This document shows positions 13,020 through 26,486 of a stretch of 64,000 nucleotides of DNA, piece after piece. Origin of the DNA: Octopus vulgaris. Its lineage: Eukaryota. The stretch covers positions 48,608,001-48,672,000 of the forward strand of contig OX597824.1 in assembly GCA_951406725.2 (NCBI GenBank), read 5' to 3'. The notes under the pieces were generated by a model. The model made no database searches and was not told the origin of the DNA. It saw only the letters and a list, made by a program, of their open reading frames with translations. The position numbers and the translations under genes were made by a program. The stretch's first letter is position 1. Each line of letters starts with the position of its first letter.

Positions 13020-13479
13020 TGTATTTAGAAATCTAGTATCAAAGATCCATCCCGAACCATGACCTCATAAAATCAATTTGCCGGATTTTGTGGCTTATAT
13101 ATTCCGTCCTACACCTCTTGGACGGGACGTCGGTCTGTCGCAGAATTAATTCATTTTTGCCAGCTGAATGGACTGGAGCAACAGAAATCGAAACCACAAT
13201 CTTTCGATCATGACTGCAACGCCCTAACCACCAAACCATGCGCTTCTACGAGTGTGATCTACAGCAAGCGTGTGTTTGCGATGTTTAGTGCATCGGTGTG
13301 TGTGTGTGTGTGTTGTGACTGTCTGTCTGTGCATGTTTATATAAGTGTATATATATATATATATGAGAGAGAGAGGTATTGGTATCCAGAAGACCATGGA
13401 CATGTGAGGCCAGCGGGCAACTACCCAGTGTACTCACGTCTAAGGACAGCACTGTGCACATGGCGTCTATGTGTGGTGA

Positions 13480-13735
13480 AAGTTATAACATCTTTATACA
13501 TATTTATTTTTATTTCTACATTCATTCTACTATTTTCCTATATACTCCTTATTCCTTTTCCAAAATAACTCCTTTTATTGAACTCTAATATTACCCTCTA
13601 TTTAGCCATCTCACATCGTCTCTGATGAGGGGATATCCCAAATATCCCAGAAACAGTTGTAAGACTAACTTCCTCTTTATAAATGTCCTGAAAATTCCAC
13701 ACAGTTTTGGCGTTGCTGTCTCATTTTATTTAATA
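13480..13735 (+). mobile_element. PLE pLTR-like fragment with minimal hammerhead (13618-13665) abutting (CA)n
   Basis: GTCT-CTGATGA-G-GGGATA-loop-TATCCC-A-GAAAC-AGTT-GTA-AGAC: stems I and II plus the conserved core. Confidence 0.65.
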
Positions 13736-13743
13736 CACACACA

Positions 13744-13802
<59 letters not shown>

Positions 13803-13810
13803 ACACGCAT

Positions 13811-13925
<115 letters not shown>

Positions 13926-13944
13926 CTTTCTATCTATCTATCTA

Positions 13945-14114
13945 TCCGCTCAGTCGAAGTCGACTCTCGGTTACTCATTGGATCAGTGTCCTCCAGTCAG
14001 TTCTATCCTGGGCCACTTCTTTCAGACTGGCTATGTCCATTCCGGTATCACTCTTGATGGTGTCAAGCCAACGGGTTCTTGGTCGGCCTCTTCCTCTCTT
14101 GCGACTGACCATTC
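13945..14114 (-). mobile_element. RTE-clade LINE 3' end
   Basis: RC translates VSRKRGRGRPRTRWLDTIKSDTGMDIASLKEVAQDRTDWRTLIQ*VTESRLRL, the typical RTE/BovB C-terminus (GRPR..W.D...A.DR..WR). Confidence 0.8.
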
Positions 14115-14174
14115 ATATATGTATGTATATATATGTATATATACATATATATGGTATATGGATATGTGTGCTTA

Positions 14175-14328
<154 letters not shown>

Positions 14329-14671
14329 CAAGGAGATAGAAATAGATAGATGGAGAAAGAGGGGGTAGAATGTGTGCGAGTGTATGTATGTTTGTATGTA
14401 TGTGTGGAGATTTGAGAAGCAGTTAATTCTTGCGAGAAAAACTATTTTTAAGTGTTCCAGAGATTTACATCAGATGGAAATTTTCCGATATTTGATATTT
14501 CAACTGACCTTTCGTGTGCTTCGGTCAAAAATACTAAGTGATGGACCGGTCAAAGAAAACATTTCACACTCTTTGAAAAGCAAAAGCTGAACAGATTCAA
14601 CAACGATGGACAGCCATTGAACAAAGCTAGCTTCGTGTTGCTGTTGTTGTTGTCGTTGTTGTTGCTGTTGG

Positions 14672-14721
<50 letters not shown>

Positions 14722-14726
14722 GTTGT

Positions 14727-14832
<106 letters not shown>

Positions 14833-14915
14833 AATGATGATGATGATGATGGTATTGATGATGATAATTTTATTGTTGTTTTCTTTGTTGCTGTTTATGT
14901 CGTCTTTGCTATTTC

Positions 14916-14976
<61 letters not shown>

Positions 14977-15548
14977 TAAGACACCAACGCCATCTTATTC
15001 GGTTAGAATATTGTTGTTGTTGTTGTTGTTGTTGGCGTTGCTTTTGCTTTTGTGTTTTTTGTTGTTCTTATTTGACCCCTACCCTCAGACCAACCAGCAG
15101 ACTTGTGTTAACACAATTTATTTATTTATTTAATCACCTGAGTTATGATATGTTGAACCACATTTGTGAAATGCTACTTCGTACAATGTGACTCAAAAGC
15201 AATTTGACTACTCTTTCTAGCGTGAGTAGAGACCACGTAGGTGATCAATAAAAGAAAGAGTCCTGGGCTCATGAAGATAGGAACGTGTGTATGTGTGTGT
15301 GTGCGCGCGCGCGTGTGTGTGTGTGAGTGAGTGAGTGTTGTATGATGATCATGATGTACTTATGTGAATTTATTTGTAGAATTTATATTTCGAAAATAAA
15401 AACAAACACTGGCAATCTACAGGTTCTATTACCCATCGCTGATATGTAAAGTCGGCCCTGCGGTAATATACGTAAATGTATTACACAATCATCAACTACA
15501 ATGGAAGCTGTATATTATAATCACGGACAATATTATTACACGGTCAAA

Positions 15549-15765
15549 GGCGGCGAGCTGGCTGAGTCGTTAACGCGCCAGGCAAAATACTTCACAGCAT
15601 TCCGTCCGTCTTTACAGTCTGAGTTCAAATTCCACCGAGATCGACTTTGCCGTTCATCCTTTCGGGGCTGATAAAATAAGCACCAGTTGAACACTGGAGT
15701 CGATATCATCGACTCAGTCCTCTCTCAAAATTGTTGACCTTGCGCCAAAATTTAGAACCAATATT
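15549..15765 (+). mobile_element. tRNA-derived SINE family A, full copy
   Basis: GGCGGCGAGCTGGCTGAGTCGTT...CTGAGTTCAAATTCC...GCCGTTCATCCTTTCGGGGCTGATAAAATAAGCACCAG...GCCAAAATTTAGAACCAATA. Confidence 0.8.
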
Positions 15766-17949
15766 ATCAGGCGGTCAGTATGCTCAAGAAATTGTTGTAC
15801 CTTCTGCTTATTCGTTGTCAGCTTGTTATCTGAAGTGCCCCGTCCCAAAAAGTATCACGATAAGCGGTTTCTAATTCTTCGAAAACCAGCGTTCCTTGGA
15901 ATCCTACCTTCTAATCTTGTCATCGATTCATGAAATTTGAATGCTTACTCCAAACATATTAATGCAGGTACATTTATGTATTATACGCTTTCCTAATTTG
16001 TATATTTGTACTTGAATTGATACTGCGAAGTGATTTAATTTGTTAAAGGGACTTGACCGTGAAATCTGTTTTTTATTCTTGCCTTGTATATATATATATA
16101 TATAAAGTTAGCTGGACTGGCTCCTTTTTATCTTTTAGTTAGGAGAGAAGGTAATGCCTATTACCCTTTACATGGCCTCCAAAACTAATGAATGAAAGGA
16201 AGGTATCTTCGAACTCCGCTAAAAATACCCAAAGGTCCAGAGAAATACGTTAATCTGTGTGTCGGGTAAAGTCTGTCCCCCAAATAGGCCATATCAGGAT
16301 CAAACTTAGAGCGCAGAGAATCGGAACAAGTACTGTAGAGTATTCTGTCCGACACTGTAGCGACTTCACTTATCCGTCACCTTAAAGCGGACATGGGACA
16401 CATTGAAGCGTCTGGATGTAGACAGATGGTACAGAAGACAAAATGTGATCATAACTAGGATGCCAGTCACAATTGATCTGCCTCATTAGGGCAGACCTAG
16501 GGTTAAATAATAAGAGATGATCGTCTTATACTTGAATATATCGTGTGTGATGAAGTATTATTTGACTGGTAGATTAATAGGTCGAGATCCTATCAATTTG
16601 ATTTATCCTTTGTCTATCCAATGCATTTTCTTGTAAATTTCTAAGCTTGTTTTCAGACTTTTAGTTAGTCCTTGTTTCGTACGTTCAGAATAATATAAAG
16701 CTTTCCTTTCATTGGTCCCAAGTTATTCCAGTGGTTGAAAAAATTGGGAACGTTCATCATAAGTGATGCATGGACGCCAGGGAAATGTGCCCTGTGTATC
16801 ACATGCGATACACAAGACAAGCAAGGTATTAACCGTGGCTACTATACAAAAACAGACAGGTTTAATCAAATTATACATTATCTGTTTAGAAATCGAAGGA
16901 ACCATGTTTAAACATTAATTAGAAGTATTAGGGTTTACATAAACCAAAGGAAAATGGCTTTCGGCTTTTAAGAAATATAATGGCTGACAAACCATTTAGA
17001 TCGAAAATAAAATATAAAGGACCACTGTATACGTGTATTTTTGTGATATTTACTTGAGAAAGTGTAATTATTATTTAAACAAAAAATTGAAACGATATCT
17101 TAAAGATGTAAAATTTAAAAGTTTAGTTAAATTCAGTTTATTATTTAAAGATGTTATTAAGATAATGACAATAGCAGCAGCAGGAGCAATTCTAACCAGA
17201 AGACATAACAGTGTTTCTGTGTAGAAAACAATTCCATTACGAAGTAAATCAACAGCAAGTGAAATGTCAACTCAAAAGGGTAGGCGACGTTACTTAACCT
17301 TTCATAGATTCAATTGACCTTTACAAATGCTTAAAGGGGAAAAGGTTATCCTTATCCTAGATAACTGACAGCAATCATCCCGCTTGCAATTCTATCACTT
17401 TGGAAAGGTCCTCATTTAAATTAGACAGAAGAGGTGATATCATCGAAAGATTTTTAAGGAAGGTAGATTACAAATTCACACGTATTGGTTTTTCAATAAT
17501 TATTTAATAAAACAAGAGCCGCAGTCACACCAGCTGATAATATTTTGAATGACCGATCGAAGAGACCACAGTTCATATCATATTGCTGGTGTTGCTCTAA
17601 GTTCCATCAACTCACACAGAATCCTATCTAATTGGGATGGAAATTTTCAACGCTATGAACGGCGATGCTGTTGGAAGTTGTTTTTAAATTGACATACAGC
17701 AAACTAAGAGAACATCTTTATTTGAATGAGAACAAAATGGTTATGATTTGAAAGAAGGACTCGATCAAGGGAACCAGAGATCATATTTCTAGGTCCAAAA
17801 CTAGGCGGCAAAAAGCCTTCTCTGATTTGGAGGTCATAGAATGGCACTTGTCATCACTAGTACCATCAGATTGTGACGATTTATCCAAGAGGATATTCAA
17901 GCAATACACCTTAAAACAGATTTGTTGTTGATCTAACTTTCGTAGAAAT

Positions 17950-18335
17950 TTTACTCTTTTACTTGTTTCAGTCATTTGGCTGCGGCCATGCTGGAGTACT
18001 GCCTTTAGTCGAACAAATAGACCCCAGGACTTATCCTTGATAAGCGTAGTACTTATTCTATCGGTAACTTGCCGAAACACTAAGTTACGGGGACAGAAAC
18101 ACACCAACACCGGCTGCCTAAGAGATGGAGGGGGGACTAACAGACACACAAACACATACATATATATATACGATGGGCTTCTTTCAGTTTCCATCTACCA
18201 AATCCACTCACAAGGCTTTGATTAGCCCGAGGCTATAGTCGAAGACACTTGCCCAAGTTGTCACGCAGTGGGACTGAACCTGGAACCATGTGGTTGGGAA
18301 GCAAGCTTCTTACCACACAGCTACTCCTACGCGCA
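17950..18335 (-). mobile_element. tRNA-derived SINE family C with internal (TA/CA)n
   Basis: RC: GCGTAGGAGTAGCTGTGTGGTAAGAAGCTTGCTTCCCAACC...GGTTCAGTCCC...TTGGGCAAGTGTCTT...GGCAGTACTCCAGCATGGCCGCAG...GACTGAAACAAG. Other copies or pieces: ~12075-12245, 22105-22490, 25635-25785, 26350-26485, 45060-45310, 45835-45965, 48205-48345, 54745-55120, 57895-58040, 63600-64000. Confidence 0.8.
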
Positions 18336-18999
18336 TTTGATAAATTTGATAAATATAAATACATAAATTAAAAGTGTTCGGTCGGGTCACAGAGCGACAC
18401 CTTCGTTGTCACAATGTATAACAACTGAAATAAATTCTATTGTAATTTTGTCCGTTTTACTACCTGAGGGTTATAACGAAAGAGGTCGTGCAGTAGACGA
18501 AGATGAAAAGACTGAGTACAGGGCTTAGTCAATCGACAATGCCAAATTCTTGAACAACACGAGTGAAGAGTTGAGAATTATTTCTCGAAAGTTTCATTTG
18601 TGGCTGAAACCCATAGAGGGTGTTTGCATATATCAGATTGGTAACACAGTTATGGGGTGCCTTTTCCTTTTGTATATTATTCTCTTACTATATATAGGCC
18701 GACGGTCTCTCTTTGAATTCCACGCAAAAGCGTCCAACTGTTCAATCAATTACCTATTGTTTGCGTCTGCGGAGAGACATCAAACCAGTTTTAAATTTAT
18801 AAACTAGAATATATAAAATCTATTTTTTACAAAAATGGAATTGAATGGCAGTATTTGTACAATGAACCGAATGAACTACAGAAAAACCAACATAATAATG
18901 TAATAAGCGGTGACAGCTTGTGGAGAGACATTCAAAATTTTTTATCAATCGATTGTGTAAGCGCATGTGTACCAGCATATGTACATACATGCACACACA

Positions 19000-19048
<49 letters not shown>

Positions 19049-19049
19049 C

Positions 19050-19102
<53 letters not shown>

Positions 19103-19647
19103 ACACTCTGTCTCACACACACTCATTCACACACAAACAAATATACGAGTGCGTGTTTGCGTGTGATTGTGTGTGTTTGTGTGTGTTTTTGTGTGCATGT
19201 ATGTGTGTGTGTGTGTGTGTGTGTGTGATAGCAAGTAGTGAATGTAAAATATGATAAAGGATTATGAACAATGAATTTGTCATCGATTTCAAACAGATAA
19301 GCATTTTATTAGCAATAAATGACTAAAAACGGGATACTTCCAGTAAGAATTTACGAGAATATTTCTGTTTAGTAACTTTTACGGGTGTGAGCCTAACATC
19401 GAGTGTACCATGAACAATCGCCCTTAACTTGGGAAATTCTCCATAGGCCGGAGACTTCGAGAAACGGAGAGAATAGATAAGAGAAGGGGGAAAAGAATGT
19501 AAGATAAAACGAATGAAACAGCAAATTAAACTCCGTATTAATTTATGGTGATAGGCATTAGGGTAAAAAAACTGTGGCGAAAAAGAAAACAGTTCGTATG
19601 CATGCCTGTGTGAGAGTGTGTGTGTGTGTGTGTATACATGTGTGTTT

Positions 19648-19718
<71 letters not shown>

Positions 19719-19723
19719 CATAC

Positions 19724-19777
<54 letters not shown>

Positions 19778-20431
19778 TATGTATATATATGTGTGTTTAC
19801 CCTGGTGATCGGCTATCGTAAGGAAGGTAGACAATCAGTTCTAGATTAAGTTAAGGTAGAAGTGGAAGTTTGAATCTTAAATGAACAAGAATGTGTACAA
19901 AAGATATACATTTAATATTTCTGTTTTCTTACACAATATACAGAACTTAACAATTGTAATCGTAGGTAGCCATGTGAAGCACCATTTCATCCTCATTTGA
20001 TATCGTCAGCATGGAATAACCCGAGGCAAAGAAATTACATTAAATTAAACATTTTACAAAGTTAGAGAAAGAGAGAGGCAGGAGAGAGACAGACAGATAG
20101 TCAGGCAGAGAGAAAGAGAGAGAGAGGACTGTGTATAAATAGTCGATTAATTAATTATTTTGTTTGTCAGACTTCACGTGGACTATGAATAAACTTGTTC
20201 TCTGAAACCCTTAGCTTGTAATCTTTGGAACCCCAGGAATCTGCAAAACAGCGGATATTGAAGTAACGTCTTGGCATGTTACTTTTCAAGTAGCTGAACT
20301 TTCATTCTTGTTGAATTGCTGTAGTTTTCAGGCGAGAGAAGTAGAAGCCGTGGTCGGCGGTTCGTGGGCGAGGATAACAGGGTTTCAGGTAATGATTCGA
20401 GATAATGTATGCATGTGTGCATGTAAGTATG

Positions 20432-20465
<34 letters not shown>

Positions 20466-20831
20466 TGTATGTATGTATGTATATATGCATGTGTGTGTGC
20501 ATGTCTGTGTGTAGATGTTTATGAATGTATGTGTGTTTGTGGGTGTGTGGGGGTGTAGGTATGTATTTATGCCTGTGTATATGTAAGGTGTATAATGTAT
20601 AAGTGTATATACATATATACACTCTCTCTTTTTCTCTCTTTCTCTTTCTTTCACACGCACGTACGTACTCACGCGCATACACACGGATGCATGTATTTAT
20701 GATTGACCACAAATTACTTCCGTCCCTTGGCAATGAGTACAATTTTGAATTTGCTGGTATATCGTACACGACATACACGCACACATACATACATACATAC
20801 ATACATACATACACACATACATTATATATAT

Positions 20832-21497
20832 ATACTAAATAATTAGGGTTCAGCAACGATTTGCCTCACCACATACTGAAGTTTAGAAATAGCAGTCAAA
20901 ATCTTGGCTATTCTTTCTACTTTAAAGGGAGATCCCAGAGAAACAGAAGCACTCAAAAGCAAACCACGCAGGTAGAAGGGAAAAAGATGACGAAAATCAT
21001 TCTATATTAAGTTGCCTACGGACGCGCGTTCTCTCTGATACCGTGAGGTGAAGTGATGATTCCCAGTGCCTTCAAATTTAATACACAATTATTAATAATT
21101 GAGACGCAATTATTTATAGTTGAAGAATCCTACGCTGATGAGGAAAATAGTCAGGTAAGGTATAATTATTTATTATTTATGCTCTATTCTCGCTTAATTC
21201 CGAAACGCGCGTCCGTCGGCAACTTAATATAGAATGATTTTCGTCATCTTTTTCCCTTCTACCTGCGTGGTTTGCTTTTGAGTGCTTCGGTTTCTCTGGG
21301 ATCTCCCTTTAAAGTAGAAAGAATAGCCAAGATTTTGACTGCTATTTCTAAACTTCAGTATGTGGTGAGGCAAATCGTTGCTGAACCCTAATTATTTAGT
21401 ATTACTTAACTTACCATGAATTGGTCTTTTATATGGTGAATTCTACTTATTGAAATTACTGATTACTTCGTAATTAACTAATTTCACCCTTTGTTAT
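20832..21497 (+). mobile_element. Non-coding fold-back PLE-type element with hammerhead ribozyme, in (TA)n
   Basis: 199-bp inverted repeat 20832-21030 / 21204-21402 (about 2 mismatches by eye). HHR CCTACG-CTGATGA-GGAA...TTCC-GAAA-CGCGC-GTC-CGTCGG at 21129-21219. ~95-bp 3' extension, then (TA)n. Confidence 0.8.
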
Positions 21498-21538
21498 TAT
21501 ATATATATATGTATATATATACATATATATACACATAC

Positions 21539-21595
<57 letters not shown>

Positions 21596-21599
21596 GATG

Positions 21600-21715
21600 G
21601 CGTTTGCTAAAAAGCATCCGTGAGGTAAAACCGTGTAGCAAACCAAATGGCGGTGCCCCAGCATGGCCACAGCTCATTAGCTGAAACTGGAAAAATCAAA
21701 ATCAAAATCAAATCA
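21600..21715 (+). mobile_element. Non-LTR element 3' end sharing its tail with SINE family C
   Basis: AAATGGCGGTGCCCCAGCATGGCCACAGCTCATTAGCTGAAACT + (AAAATC)n. A near-identical tail occurs at 41937-42000 ending in (AATC)n. Confidence 0.55.
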
Positions 21716-22700
21716 TACATACATACATACATACATACATACATACATACATACATACATACATACATACATACATAGAGAGAGAGAGAGATAAGGAGAA
21801 ACAAGAAGACTGTTTGTCATTCAGCTTAGCAATTCTTCAAATTTAAGCAGTAAACCAGTCAATTAACTAATCAACCAATCAAACCAATTATTTCTGTGCC
21901 ATTCGTGGGTAACGTCACTTCGTTTTATTTCTCTACAATTTCGAGTATAGTTTTCCTATCATCAAGTTTTATCAAACCCAATCTATTGATCCATTTTGAT
22001 TTTTAGTTTTTTGCCGTTTCATAAGCTTTTAGTTCACCTTTTGTTATACTCCTCTGGACGTACCCAAACCAATTCCATTTCAAAGATATTAATATAACTG
22101 AATGCATGGCTGTATGATTAAGAAGCTCACTTTATAATCATGTGGTTTCAGTTTCAGTCTCCACTACATGTGTCTTTTACTGTAAACTCGGACTGACCAA
22201 TGCTTTATAAGTGAATTTGTAGACGAAGACTGTGTATATATGCCCGAGTATATATGTATGCGTGGACGTGTGTCATTTTATTTGTACTTGTCACTCCCTG
22301 TCATCGTTTCACAACAAGTATAGGTTTGTTTATGTCTCCTTAACTTGGCTGCTCAGCTAAAGATGCCGACAGTATAAATTCCAGACGTAAAACAATAAGT
22401 CCTGGGTTCAATTTGTTCGACTAAAACCCTTCAAGACGATACCCCAGATTGGCCGTAGTCCAATAACTGAAACAGTTAAATGATAAGATACGAGATAATA
22501 TCTGATGACGCTACGTCAAAGCTTTAATATAGGTTTTATTGAATATAAGATGAGAAAGATAACCTGGTCTTCATTTATTTCAAATTATTCACCATTACAT
22601 GCTTCAGAGATGCCAAGTCTTTGGATTACGGAAGATCGAATATCGATCGCATGCATTCAAGACCTGTTGTAATTACTCCATTATTGATCGTGTAGCCAAA

Positions 22701-23470
22701 TATTGGGTTGTACCATAAATAATGCAGTTTTTAAATACTTCTTTTATATTTCAAACTTAAAGATAAACAAAGTTATGTTTTAATCTAAAATATACTCGCC
22801 TTTCCCTACCCACTGTCTTCGGCGCTTCACATCACCAGTCACAATTCGATCTAAATAGGGTTTATTCGTGAGATGTGACAGTAAAGAAGAGCACACATTC
22901 ACTCTCTGCGCGCGATTAGACTTGGAAAATTTGTGAGGAACCCATTGACTCAATTTGCTAACTTTTTCGATGGCATGCAGGTGTCGATGAATGGTTGAAT
23001 GATCAAACCCAAGCTTCTCTCCTAGTTCCTCAACAGTTACGATGGAATTTTGTTCCACCAGGGTTTGTAGGACGTTCTCGTCAAGCTCTACAGATCTTCC
23101 GAGGCTCGTCTTCTACGCTGTAGTTTCCGGCTCAAAAATTCTGGAACCACCGTTGACACTCCCTTACGATTATTGTCCGATCCCCATATACTACATTAAT
23201 ATCCTTCGTACTTTCCGTTGCGTTGTTGCCTTTATTGAATTCATAAAGCAAAATATGCCGAATATTCTCCTTTGTCACTTCCATTATAGCTTTGAAAAAA
23301 TAACTGTTAAAACCGAACTGCACTCTTCAAAACTTGCACTAAGATATGGACAAGGTAAAATTACTACCTGCTTTTATAGCAAATTGATGCAAGTAGTTTA
23401 TCCTGTCTCCCTCCGACTTTTAGTTCATGTAATTGAAAAAAAAATGCATTATTTATGGGATGACTCAATA
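22701..23470 (-). mobile_element. Internally deleted mariner element with both TIRs
   Basis: TIRs TATTGGGTTGTACCATAAATAATGCA / TGCATTATTTATGGGATGACTCAATA. HTH region MEVTKENIRHILLYEFNKG...CQRWFQNF, then WVPH and RIVTGD motifs. Most of the catalytic domain is deleted. Confidence 0.9.
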
Positions 23471-23589
23471 GATCAGTATATTTTGAAGATAATAATACAC
23501 AGTTTTCTTAGTTTAAAGTATGTTGTTCTTGCTCGCTGCCTCTAAGAACGTCTTCAAGCTGTGATCATGGACACTCTGGTTATGTTCAC

Positions 23590-24560
23590 AATCAGTTACA
23601 TTGTCAATATGCAATATATGCACTGGTGGCTGTAAATCCTTCTCTTTCAATTATGTCGTCAATTATATGTTAAAAGATAAGGGCACCTAGTGATTCCATA
23701 AAGAATCCGTTTAAATTGGTGCAAGCGAATGTGGTATAAGCTTTCTTTTATCTCCGTTTGATGGTGAGCACTTTGTAGGGCCATTATACTAAATATATTA
23801 TGTTGTGTTACTTCTTCGACCATTTCCTCAATATTTGGTTATGGATAAGCATCTAGCAATGTATAATGACTTATCATCTGTGAATAATTGATGACCATGC
23901 GGTTCTTGTAACCAACACTTGAGTCCTCCAAAGAGACTTACTCTGGTTCAATAGTATCCTCCTGCAGCAAACGTGTGACCTCAGAATATATGAATTTCTG
24001 GTCATTCAGAGAATGTCGTCTACATTCGACAGTTATGGATTTGCAATCACTTGTGCGATTATCAAACAGAGAAAGATGTGGGACAGAAGCAGTAGTGACA
24101 CTCCAGACAATCATAACAGGTTTAGTCCCACGAAACGGAATCCCGAAGGAAGAGTGGTGCTTAAGGAAGTTTTGTCCCAAGAAGACAACAAAGATCAAGA
24201 ATGTGACACAATCGTAATAGTCATTAAATTTCTACAGACTTGTTACACTCCTTTAACCTTATAAGTAAGGGAGGTAATTGCTTTTGTAACCATTTCTGAG
24301 CTTCCGGTCTCCACTAATGCCTTCCATTTATTCTAATGCCCATAACAGTACATGACAATTAGTGAGATGAAACATCAAGGGCAGCTATTGTGTGTAGCAC
24401 TAAAGATGTTGACTATGGACATAGGCATACCTTGGAGGAATATCCCTTCTTAGCACAATCATTTCATAGCACTTTCTCGACGGGGTATTTTGATTAGGAT
24501 GTTTCTTTAACTAGCTTATCAACTCATGACTTCAGCAAACTGCACTCTCCATGAGCGAAA
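23590..24560 (-). mobile_element. Degenerate Ty3/gypsy pol fragment (protease + RT N-terminus)
   Basis: KALVETGSSE (aspartic protease site), FLGQNFLKHH, RRHSLNDQKFIYSEVTRLLQEDTIEP, SLWRTQVLVT, HIIDDIIEREG. Many stops. Confidence 0.75.
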
Positions 24561-24590
24561 ATCTTTCAATGATGTTCTATCCCTTTATGG

Positions 24591-24915
24591 TGAGGGCGCG
24601 TGGCTTAGTGGTTAGGGCATTCGGCTCATGATCGTAAGGTTGTGAGTTCGATTCCCGGCAACGCGTTGTGTCCTTGAGCAAGACACTTTATTTCACGTTG
24701 CTCCAGTCCACTCAGCTGGCAAAAATGAGTTGTACTTGTATTTCAAAGGGTCAGCCTTGTCACTCTCTGTGTCACGCTGATTATCCCCGAGAACTACGTT
24801 AAGGGTACACGTGTCTGTGGAATGCTCAGCCATTTGCACGTTAATTTCACGAGCAAGCTGTTCTGTTGATCGTATCAGCTGGGACCCTCGTCGTCGTAAC
24901 CGGCGGAGTCTTTTT
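24591..24915 (+). mobile_element. tRNA-derived SINE family B with 13-bp TSD
   Basis: GGCGCGTGGCTTAGTGGTTAGGG (A box), GAGTTCGATTCCC (B box), GTGTCCTTGAGCAAGACAC block. TSD TATCCCTTTATGG at 24578-24590 and 24916-24928. Homologous copies at 57539-57860 (+) and ~54430-54700 (-). Confidence 0.9.
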
Positions 24916-25124
24916 TATCCCTTTATGGCTCTCTTCTTTGAATAACTAAGTGTTTACTGTAGCGTTACAACCACCAGAATAAATATGACCCTTTAGTAGA
25001 GGAAGAGGATATCTTAAATATGAATCTTCACTTTATAAGTGTAATGTTCTCCGATGGTCAGAAGAATACTGTGTCATGAAGACAGCTTGTTCCTTGAGGT
25101 GATGCCTCTTCTAAAATGTGTACT

Positions 25125-25148
<24 letters not shown>

Positions 25149-25172
<24 letters not shown>

Positions 25173-25550
25173 AGTACACATTTTTAAAATCTTGTACGAC
25201 TCTGTTTCTATCTATCAGCCCTTCCACACGCGCCAGCTTAATTCAATTCGTCCTTAGTCGAAAGACACCTGTTGTTATGTCCTGTTATCATTTTTATTAT
25301 ATTTATAATTGTGTAACATCGTCCGTTTTTTTCGTCCTTGTTTTTGTATACATTCACTGCTTTCTTCCAAGGTATCTAATGCTCTTAGCTTATTTTTTCC
25401 TTTGGGTTAGGATAATCTGGTGCTTGACTGAGGAAAGAAATCTTCGAATGACCCGTCCTTGTTTTCTTTGTATCGTCTATCTGGATGTTTTGTTGTTGTC
25501 CCTTTTTGTATCACTTAGCTATCCAGATGCTTTGCGTTCATGTCCCATTT

Positions 25551-25552
<2 letters not shown>
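25149..25552. mobile_element. Unclassified ~400-bp element bounded on both sides by (TA)n
   Basis: Complex T-rich sequence sandwiched between two pure (TA)n tracts, like the other TA-embedded inserts here. Confidence 0.35.
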
Positions 25553-25634
<82 letters not shown>

Positions 25635-26486
25635 ACACAGGCTTCTGCCATATCCACTCACAATGCTCTAGTAGGGGTAGAGCTATAGTAGAAGAGACTT
25701 GCTCAAGGTACCACGCAGTTGGACTGAATCCGGAGCCACGTGATTGGGAAGCAAACTTCTTACTATCCAATTATGGCTGCGCCTGTGTATATATTTAAAT
25801 ATAATTCACTACACCTGCATCTTATTTTAGGCAATATTTCTCTATTCCTCTTGGTGTTATCAAAAGAATATAATTGAAATTTTCTTGGCACCAAAACGTC
25901 TCATTTCTAACGTTATTTCCCTACGAATGCCTGGGGAGGAGGGAGATGCTGTACTTGTGACACAAGTAGAAAACTGGACAGTTTAGTTTGATCGTAAATT
26001 GATAAATCGATATCGAACTGATCATTGTATCAAGACAGACCAGACTAATAATCTAAAGTAACTTATTTGTCTTTTCTGTCTGCGTTTTCAAGTGGATTAC
26101 TAAGACTAAGATAATCTGTATCATCAAGCGAATAGTTCTTTGGCGCCTAGTATTGATTCAAATCCCACAGACGTTAAAATGTACTTCCGGTGTTTGCCAA
26201 CAATATACTGAGTCCCCTATATAAACCGTCAATATTACAAAAGCCTTCATTACGTCACAGACGATGAAATGGAACGATAATTCGTGTCACATCATCAATA
26301 ATATTACATTATTGATGTCACATTACTAATGATGTTACATTCATCCTAACATAGCGTGGCGCTGTGATAAGAAGCTTGCTTCCCAGCCACAAGATTCCAG
26401 GTTCAGTTTCACTGCGTCACATCCTGGCCCCATGTCTTCTACTATAGCGTCAGCCAACCAAAGCCTTGTGAGTGGATTTGGTATAT

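Noticed and set aside
14400-14635. Unique non-repetitive islands (also ~17230-17500, 34860-35100, 58230-58360) as enhancers
   Set aside because: Uniqueness alone is not evidence; conservation or chromatin data are needed.
24591-24665. tRNA genes at the SINE heads (also 6670, 34560, 52290, 57540)
   Set aside because: No complete cloverleaf with acceptor stem; each continues into a SINE body present in multiple copies.
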